Positions 38,101 to 48,600 of a stretch of DNA of 64,000 nucleotides are shown here, piece after piece. The notes below the pieces were generated by a model, which saw nothing but the letters and a program-made list of their open reading frames with translations, was not told where the DNA came from and ran no database searches. The stretch covers positions 248,001 to 312,000 of the forward strand of contig NW_020846280.1 of assembly GCF_003704095.1 (NCBI RefSeq), read 5' to 3'. Origin of the DNA: Pocillopora damicornis. Its lineage: Eukaryota. The stretch's first letter is position 1, and each line of letters begins with the position of its first letter. Both the position numbers and the translations under genes were made by a program.

Positions 38101-41100
38101 AGTGGAAGGAGAGGTGGAGGAGGAAGGGGAGTTGGAAGATGAGGTGGAAGGGTTTGAGCAGGAGATGGAGGAGGAGGCAGAAGGGGTGGAGGAGGAGGTA
38201 GAGGGGTTGGAGGAGGAGGTGGAAGGGAAGCAAGGGGAAGTGCAACGGGAAGCTGAAGAGGAGCTAGAGGATGTCGACATCTTTAGCAACCCTGATAATC
38301 CAGATCCTAGTGCCATGGTTGATGAATCGTATGTTCACGAAGAGGGTGAGTATAGATTGAGAGTCAAAAAGTCTCACCAAATAGAGGACTATTTTATCAT
38401 AACCTACTGTATTGTTTACTAAATTGTTTACCAGTACAGTACTTAGGATTGAGTTTATTTTGATGAGGGATTGGTTTCACTTAAAGGTTTCGCAGAAGAG
38501 AGTAAACTGATACTTGGTGGAGAGGAGAGCTCCCCCAGGAAAAGAGCCATCCATTTGGAGAGTGGCTTACGTGTTGTTCAGCTCCTTGACTTAGGATCTT
38601 TTGAGACAAGCACTGAGGAAAGAGGCCCTGAAGAGTCTTCAACCCTTAATGCTAGCGAGACTAGAGCACATGGTGTCAGTAGCTTGCCGTCGCACCAAAC
38701 AGCACAGGAAACGTTGCCTAAAGGGGAGAGTGAATACGACGATGTCAGTGATATATCTGATGAAGGAACCCCAGAAAGGGACCTTCCCGGTAAAGTATTC
38801 GAAAATTTAAAATTGATGTTAAAACGTGACATTATTTTCTTTACTGTGGAAAGAGGTCACTTAATTGATTTCTGTTACTGCTCTCAGTCTCGAAGATATT
38901 AGTTAGTTCAAAGATCGCTCCTTCAATTCGTCGAAATTGTTTCATTTTCAACCTGTCAAATTGTTGGAATTGCGGTCACCTAGCGTGTTATCATTGTGTT
39001 GTGTTCTTTGGTCAGAAACTTTAATTGCTCAGTGCCACTCTCTTCCCAGGAGTATAAATGGGTATCGGCAAATAATTTTTCAAGGAAACCGTATGACCTA
39101 CAATGGATTGGCATCTCATCCAGGGGGAGTCTCAATACTCCTGGTTACCTCATGCGTCAGAAACTATGGAACACCTTGGCTGCATGAGATACTTAGCTTA
39201 GGTGCAGACACAACTCGTTACTTAACTTTCTTTGTTCAGTGTGAAGAGCAGCGACCACGCACGGGACCCGGGCTAGTCCCTTTCCACCATCTAAGGGTAA
39301 AAATCTAAGAGGAAATAAAACGATACGTAGGGATGGGGTTAGGAGGGGATGGCTGCCTCCAATAGACCAGAAACCGCGAACAAGCTTTTGCTGTTATTGG
39401 CCACTAAGCCGTCAAGACCTGACCTTGACTCTGAGGCATGGTAACGTGAAAATAGCATTAGTCTGCCAGGAGTGTGACACATGTAAACAACTGATGATTC
39501 GTATGTTGTCCTTTTTGCGTCTACAGAGTATGGATCTTTCGATATTGAATTAAAACAGCGATGGTCATCGAAAGTAACTCGCAATACTGACAATCAAGCT
39601 TCAACCAGTGTGCCAACCCAAACGCCTGAAGAGCTGATAACACCTAAACTAGAAGTGGTCCGAAATGAAGCAGATAGTTCCAGCGCCCTCATTGAACGAC
39701 CCAAAGCGCGGAAAAGGTACGTGACGGTTCCAGCACAAAAAAGAAAGCTATGGAAAAGTTCAAGCGAAGATTATGACTCCTCTGAGTTGTCCTCTCCGAC
39801 AAAGAGAAGCAAGAAGAGCGTACACGAAAGGAGAGGCTGCATGGCATCCCCCGGCTCCCATAGGGATGGTTCTCACAGAGATAGGCAGGTAAACGAAGAG
39901 CCATGCAGGCAACCAAAGGAGCGCGTATCCAACTTGTCGAGGCGCGAACTGCCTCCACGAATTGTGAGCGATTTGAAGGGTGGATTGAAGATCACCATTT
40001 TACAAGGTAACTAAATTTAGAATTTACAAGTTAGTACGCTTTAGGGAAGTGTACAAGGGTAGAGCAAGATAGGCGAGGAACTGCGAACAGAAGAAAACAT
40101 TTTAATTGTTTTTCCATTTCCAGTCGTCAGTTGAAGATAGACAAGGATGCGATGAACCTGTTGATACGCATACTGTTTAAAATAGAAGTGTTTTTAACTT
40201 TTTCAATTTTTTTTTTAGGTTTGATATCAACTGGTCTCTTGTTTGTAATCATTACAAATTCGTTTTGAGAATTGTCTCAATCAAACCAAAACACAAAAGT
40301 GCTTGGATCGTTTGTCTTTTTTGAAATTCAAATATTACGTTTATCGAGACTTGAATCGGTTTCCTTTTCCCCCTCTTTTATGAGTGTATATATATCATCT
40401 TTTTGTAGTCAGTGACTGAGCTTAAAATTAGCATCGTGTGTATTGCATTTAGAGAAGCGTAGGCTACAGTATGTAATCGTGAACTGAATTTAGAACTCTG
40501 CGTCCAAACTAACTCCAAACTATATATTCGTTTACTTCTCTTTTACTTCTGATGTTTTCTTGTGAAACACATCGTACAGACAAAAAGAAGGTGCTTAGAT
40601 AAACAGTGTAAAATTAAAATCTGGCCTGTTTACATTCCACAGACACACTATTTAAAATGTTATGCCCTCTAAGGAAATAACCAAGTGTTGAAACATTCTT
40701 TTGGTTAGATCCTTTAAAGATGGAAAAGAAAGAAGAAGAAGTGGAAGAGGAAGAGGCAGATCTGCTTGAAACAGAAGAAGCAGAAAAAGTGAGTCACATT
40801 CAGACGGAAACAAATATATGTTGGCGTGTATTTTGTAGATCTTTCATGCAACCCCTTTCAAGCGTGCTTAGATAACTTTCGTCGTGTGATCAAACTTCAC
40901 CCAATCTGCAGAATCTGTTCCTCCTTTAATAAAAATACCCGAATAGGTGAAGAAACAACGCACCAAAGTTTTCTTTTTGGAATTCACTATTATGATCATG
41001 GTCGCTAAAATTTGTTCCTGCAAAATACATAAATAGCTAGTTCGCTAAATATTACTTCCGCTAAGTGTTCTTCATGCTACAATGTACTAGAAACCCCAAA

Positions 41101-44100
41101 GGCCTGTTACAAGTAAGTTCTAATCCGTATCTTGCCTTGTCAACAAAGAAACGACCACTAACTGACATGGAGTATAGTGACCTTGAAGACATAAGTCCAG
41201 GTGAGCTCAGTTCTGATTTTGAGAGCTGGCCAACCACTCCAGACACACCTGAAACGGCCACCCCAGCCATGGACTTTACTCACCCGAGTCTGGGATTCTG
41301 GGCTGCACCACTGAAATCAAATGACGTTTCCAAACCAGCTGGAGCTGTCGTTAGCGATGAACATCAGCAGGTGTCCGATTTACAGATGTTGTCGCCAACT
41401 TTATCTCCACCGGCATACCTTGAAGAGCACCCTCTTGTAGGGGTGGAACAAAGCCAAGTACCGTATGCTTTTGGAGAGGAAAAGATTCAGGATGTCGTTC
41501 AAGAACCTTGTATATCACGATCATCTTGGCCAGGTTAGTGTCATAGTTATATTAATGTTCAGACTTATAATTAGTTTTACAAGAGTGAAAACTCATGGTT
41601 AATAGTATTAGAGGGAAGGTACCGTAAATTGAAGGTAGCTACAGAGGAGGGTAGGAATCACCTTAGCAACCTAGAGGTCATCGAGCGATAGCGCTTCTTT
41701 CTGTCATCTCAACACCGACGAACCGGTTTATGGAATAACTGCTCACCTCGAAATGTGGTAGGGAGGGAGAGGGAGAGAAAGAGAGAGAGAGAGAGAGGTA
41801 AACAAAGGAAGCAAAGAACCCAAGGAAATTGAATAACCGCATCTGGAAGCCCCCTCGTCACAGAAGGAAAAGCGTCGCATTGACTTACATGACATGTACA
41901 TGAAGCCTCATAGAATAATATTATAGCGTGCCACTTCTGGAGAAAGAGCTCATAAGTCGTGATATTGGAAGATCCACGACTTGAGACAGAGGAAGCAAAA
42001 TTAAGCTTCGTTGCGTTTGCTTTTTAGTTGAGGGTTTCTTCTGCCAAACGACGACCTCTGAGGAACGTGACTTGGGATTGGGAAGTCTGGGTCCGACAGA
42101 GCTGGTGGTGCCCAGAGTTCACAAAGAATCTTTATCGTTGGATGACAGCACTGGTCATTATATCTCACAGTCTGCACACGAAAGTGATGAGGACATTGCA
42201 AGGTTTGTTGACCAATGGTTTTATTTTGTTAGATGAACCATTCTCTTTTTACTTAGGGAATAGGACTGATAATGACTGGGCGTCGTTTGGATTTTTCAAA
42301 GGGAAACGGAAGGGGTTCACATTCACAAATTTCCGTGCACCATTTACCAGTTATAGGTTAAGATGTGTGAATGGATTCCACGTTCAGAATTTACCTGACG
42401 ATTAACTCGAAGTTCCTGGAACGCCTACGACATCTTTTACAGAGTAGCTCTCAATGTATAACTTAAGAAACAAAATAGTGTCCATGCTGGCCTGTCAGCC
42501 TTCTACTTTCAGAAATGTTGTTCTCCTTGTTTTATTTCAAGATATGGTCAAGAGCTTCCTCAGTCTGAAGTGTTTGAATATGGCCATGGACTCCCTGATC
42601 ATCAACACCAACATTACAAGTCACACAGGGATAGCGCCCAAAAACCACCCAGAGGAACACAGAAGGTAGTTGAATCAAGTTACTCGGCCACATTTGCTTT
42701 ATAGTCTCGAAAAGATGCAGTTTTGCAACAAAACGATAAGTAATCAGCATTACTGGATACAATTAAGTTTGGCCTGTTTTTTCTCGATAAAAATAACCTT
42801 TCAGAATTATTTTTTACTGTCCATACGGTGTAATTTTTTTTTTACCTGAATGATTATTTTCTGATAGGAAGGAAAGCATCGCACAACAATTCGCGAGAAA
42901 AGATATCCGTGGAAGAGCCGTGAAGAGGTCAAACACAGCCAGGGAACGTCACACAGCCAGGGAACTTCAGTTGGGGGAGAAGGCAGGTGTTGTATTCACT
43001 TGGTTAGGGATACATCTGAATCAGCTACTTTCAGCAATGCTCGTTCACAATCTTAACCAAACACTCAACCTTTACACTCCCAAGATCAAAAGATCGGTTC
43101 TCTTTACAGTTTCCCTTATTTCCCTTCAGTTTTCGCTCGGAGAATTTGGCGTTAAATCAAACAGCATACCTAAGCTAATAAGTTCCCTTTTTGCAATCAC
43201 CTCTCTACTGGACAATATGTTGTTATTGTAGGGAGACGTTCCTTATTAGTTGCTCTTGGGAGTGAAAGGGTTAACTTTTGTGTCACCTCTGTGTCACGAG
43301 TCATCGGGGGTTGATGATCTGTCGAAGGACTTAGTACGTAGGCACAGACGGAGAGAGCATGGGCTCGAGGATCTACTGTTTACCCTTCTTCTCCTGTGAT
43401 TGGTGGTTCAGTTCATCCATACTGGCTGGCTAGCTAGGTTCCTGAGTTTTGACAATTGCGTGCTCGGCCTTGGAAAGGAATCAGCGCGCCACTGAAAGGA
43501 CAAATATTCTCCTGAGAGAGATTTTCAAAGAGATTGTGAACAGTTGAGAGTAGCTGTCGATGATGTGTTTTTATCCTTGAATTTATCTTTTTTTCCGAAC
43601 AATAATGATATTAATTAGGATTGGTTTCACTTCTGCATCTGACTGGTTGAAAAGCTAGGGTGTGGTCTCGTTACTGATAACAAAGCGCATTGAAGCAGAA
43701 CCAAAGCAGTTCTAGATTACTTTCCATAGTCAATCGAAAAGTGCCATAGCACCGTGGACAAATTTTAATAAACTCCAGCAAGAGGTGTTATTCCCATGAT
43801 TTTCGTTTGAGGGCATAGAAGTGAAATCAGAAAGGCATGGTTTCCTTATCATCTGAGGGAAATTAGTGAATGAAATTACAAAATATACATATATATATAT
43901 ATATATCTATATTTTTGAATTGTTTGGATTCTTTCTGGTGGTTTAGATTCCAAGTTAGTAAGTCAAAGCGCCACTGGAAAAAATACTGGTTGTGATGAAG
44001 ACAGCCCTGACAAGAGACCTAAGGTGGTTCAAGATGCAGAAACTGCTAATCACGGTAAATCTGGCGGGATTGAAAAGCCAGAAAAATGGGACATATATGT

Positions 44101-45582
44101 TTTTGCGTGGATGAATAAAGTGCAGCTTGAAAACTGGGTACGAAGGCAGAACCACGGGGCTAAACTGGCCACCATTGGAACGGACCAAACTTGCACTGTT
44201 GAAATTACCCCAGAATCTAAACGCAGATCTTCAGAACGTTTATATCGTCGAGCCAAGAAGCGATTGAGGCGATTATGTCAAAGCTCAAGGCCGTGTACAG
44301 AGGACGCAGATACTCCAGAACCAGCATTTGATGACGTTAACGCGGAGACGCAGTGTGAAAGTTTTACTTCTTTTCATAAAGAAGCAAGTTCCAGTTCTGT
44401 TTCTGTTTCAAAGGAAGATGGGAATGTTGAGAGATGTTCTGTACAAAGCGCGCATGTTAATCACTCGGTATCATCTTGCACTCCGGTTGAAAATTTTGCA
44501 CAAAAGCACATTGATGTTAATGTTGAATGCGATTATTCTGTTCATCCCAAGACGGATGATCTGTTGTGTGATAAAGAAGTTTCAATTATTTTCGAAAAAG
44601 GTTTGGTTACAGAGGTGGAAGGAGTTACCGGAAACAACGATGATCCAAATTATCCAGAAACCAGCTGTTCACATGTTCACCTGGGTAAAGATTCGTCTGA
44701 AGAAGAGGAAGAACACGACGATGTATCGTTGGGGGATCAGGGAAACGAGTGTGGGAGAGATGGCGTACAAAGAGGGCCACTAGCTGGCGCAGAGAGTGAT
44801 AGCATTCATAAAGAGGATGCAGTAATTAAGAGTTTTCCAACCAAAGTGTTCGATTCTAATGAGGATAAAGAGCATCAACCGCTCGACATAGATATGCATG
44901 ATATTGCAGATGATGTAGTGTTACACCATGCTGTTTCTGAGGGGAATCGTGAAGCAAAAGACAGACAGGCAAACCTGTGTGTAACTGCTGATATAAAGAA
45001 TGTGAACGAGTTAAAGTCGATCGGAGATTTTTCTTTGGATTTGAATTCACAACATGAAAAAGACACAAGCGATACGCCGCAGAACGTCAAGGAGGTTACT
45101 GAAGATGTCGAGGTGAATCAAAGTACAACCGACGAAGCTGTGGTTGTGAGGAGTGGATCTGTAATCTTCGAAGACCAAAAACCAAGTTTAGCAGGACAGA
45201 GTATCCCAGATGTTGAAAATAACTCTCGTGAGGAAGGTAGTCTTGGTCATGAAACTCCAAAGTGTCCTGATGAAGGCGAAACAGGAGAAGAAAAGATGCT
45301 CGCAGAGCCTGACTTAGGTCCTGATGGATGTGGAGGAAGAGGAGAAGGAGAAGGAGAAGGAGAAAAACGGGCAGGTATTAAGATTTCCGATCCTAAAACT
45401 AGGAAGGAGAATCACATGAATGAAGCTCCTTTTGAAACCTTGGCAGCAGAAGAGAAGACAGATGGCTCAGGTCACGAGAGGACAGCCTCCACTGTTGCCA
45501 ATGCATTGCCAATTGAGGCTTCAATCGGTATAAGTTCAGATCATTTCAACAAAGCCCACAAAACCCCTTCAACGACTGCTGG

Positions 45583-45620
<38 letters not shown>

Positions 45621-48600
45621 GTGCTGGTGTGTTGACGTCTTGTGATCCTGGTGTGCTAAAACTAGTTCCAGGTACAGTGCCCTCAGCTCTGGAACCTCTT
45701 CCCCAAACCCACATTCCACACTTTCTTCTCCCTCCTCTTCCTCTTCGTCCTTCGCTCCCGAGGAATGTTGCATGTAGCTCTGTTAATAGTTGTCCTCCTG
45801 GTTCAGAACTTCTGTCTCCGACAGAGGCAAGTGGTAATTCAACAATATTTCCATCGGATTCAGTGGCGCAAGAAGTCGCCAATAAAGATGAAGATGATGA
45901 AGATAGGCGACCACCCAAGAGTATAATGGATCATTCGGTGGTTTCGGCTTTGGTGCAGTTTTACACCGAAAGCAATAACGTAAACGGCAACAGAAACTGT
46001 GATCTCAAAGAGAAGGAAGATAATGGTAAAACTAACTCTGGTGTCTGCATTTCGACTCGTATGGAATCAGTGCAAAAGAGCGACAGAAAACATGAAGAAA
46101 CAAGTGATATGGAAATAGACTCTGATAACGAAAGATCCGAAAGCTCTGACGGATATTCAATTCAAATCGATAACACAAACGGAAGCAGAAACAGTGATTT
46201 GAAAGAGAAGAAAGATGATGCTGAAACAAACTCTTGTGTCTACATTTCGACTCGTATGGAATCAGTGCAAAAGAGCGACAGAAAACATGAAGAAACAAGT
46301 GATATGGAAATAGACTCTGACCAGGAAAGAAATGCCACCATTATGGTTATTGAGAGATCTGAAAGCTCTAACGGATATTCAATTCAAGATAAGCCGGCCA
46401 AGTTGGATTCTGCTGACACTGTAAACCAACAAAGCTTAGCAGCTGGTGTTCAATTGCATGCTGAAGACGATAAGGTATCGGTGGGGAAATCTTTAGATGT
46501 ATCAGCAGCGAAGAATCCTGATGTTGATGCAAACCTACTTAAGGATCAGGAACTCTTGAACAATGACGCCCTCAAGGAGATTCCAGGTTGTTCTGGTAAC
46601 GAACGACAAGAAACGCTTTCATGCGTCTCTCGAAATGATCTAGGAGTAGGAAAAAATGATATGGAAGTGGATGTGGAGTCATTGCTGAAGTGTTCATCAG
46701 TCACTTCCAACAAATCAAGTGGAGATAGTCCTGACGTTATCGCCAATAACACTATGGTGATGGGAGATAATTTGGTGGAAAATCCTAAAGGTACATCTGG
46801 GAGATCGCAAGCAGAAAATCTTGATTTTGCGAAGAATGAAGTGCGTGTACAGGAAGGCATAATTGGTATTAAAGGAAAAACGAGGAAGAATGTTACAGAT
46901 GAAAATTATCAGGAGAATCCCATTGTCTCTGGTTACAAACCACGAGCAGAAGAACCAGCAAACTTGGAGGAAGACTTATCTGAAGAGCAACTATTGAGCC
47001 CCATTGATCCGCTCTTCATGGCGAGTGCTGAGCAGACCATTTTCAGCTCAATAGGTGGCTTAAGAAACCTGTTAGGACAATCGTCAACGTTTGATCGCAT
47101 CGCAGAGGAAACCATTGCCTCAACTGTGTCTTCGTTGGAGGATATTCTTCGTCAAGCAAATTGCAGCTACTTGGAGCTGAGCAGCTGCCCCTCTGACAGC
47201 GGTGTGTCTGTGGGGGAGGAAGCTTCGGGTCCTTCTAGAGTATTCAACTTTAACAATATTACGCATTTAGCGACCCCTCCACAGGAAAAGGATTGCAGAA
47301 CGGGGTCGTTGGATGGGCAGTCTCCAAGTGGAGTAGGGCAGCCAGAGTGGCTGTCTACAAATGAAAAGAGTGATGCACGTTGTTACCTCGGTAGAGGTAT
47401 GTTTGTTTGTTCAAACTGACTAGTGAAATGCATGTGCNNNNNNNNNNNNNNNNNNNNNNNNNNNNNNNNNNNNNNNNNNNNNNNNNNNNNNNNNNNNNNN
47501 NNNNNNNNNNNNNNNNNNNNNNNNNNNNNNNNNNNNNNNNNNNNNNNNNNNNNNNNNNNNNNNNNNNNNNNNNNNNNNNNNNNNNNNNNNNTTTTTAGAC
47601 ATATCAAATCTATGGGTGCAGAAATGGCGCAATTTTGAGAGCGGTGCCCTCCCAACACTGAGAACCAGAATCGACTCCTCAACGCCAGTCAACTTTCCGT
47701 TCCTCTGTGAAAATCATGTTATAGTGTGTTGTTGTACTTTCTTTTAGTATCAGGGAAGCCTTCTATTCAGAAGAGAAGTCAAAAGCCAGGTGTTAACAGG
47801 AAGTTCCAGTTCTTTGTGTATTCACCAGACGTTGACAGGGAGTGTGAAGCGTTGAAGGTATGTTGTATGTTGTATGTTGTGCCATTTCCTTAGAAAGGAG
47901 TCGCAGTTAAAGAAAGATCTTTCGGGGTGTCACGTTTGTGAAACAAAGATTAGTCCCCAACAATGAAGCGAACGGCAGACCTTCGCTTTTAGCGGTTTGA
48001 AGCTTTAACGCTCTAGAAATCAATGTCCCTTTACTGAGACAGTTTGTGCAGGTTTTAACCAACGCACATATCAAACCGCGGTATCCTCGTTACTTTGCAT
48101 GATATCGCCATTCACTTTATGATAACAATAGTACACTGTTGCTCAATTGTTTAAGGTTGCAATACTGTATGTTTGTTCTTTTGTAAGAACTACATGTTGA
48201 GAGCAGGTGGAACACTTGTGGATGTCAGGAACTCCAAATATTTGGAGGAAAATACACGAGAGCTGAAAGTGTTCATCAGAAAAAAACACTTGCCATCTGT
48301 TCACAGGTAAATAAAGGAACTGAAGATAAGTATGGTTTTGTCTCACCTAGTCTACTATTTTTCTTCTGCTTTTTGGGGGCACGGTGGCTCCTCTCCAAGA
48401 TAGAGGGTGCGACTCACTTAGCCGGAGTGCTGAAAGAGACGCTGCTTCTCTCTTTTATTTTGTCTCCTTTGGGGAAGAAATAGTTGGTGTTTGGCACGGC
48501 TAAATCTGTTTTCGGAGCGTGTTATTCCCAGAATTTTTTACCGAGTGAATGTCTCTGTGACAAGTGGTTAATGGGCTATGTTGTCATCCTCTTCCTGTGT

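Noticed and set aside
33863-38422. 1519-aa ORF as a standalone gene (likewise the 1131-aa ORF at 44024-47419)
   Set aside because: Both have in-phase splice acceptors upstream and donors before their stops; they are internal exons of TASOR.
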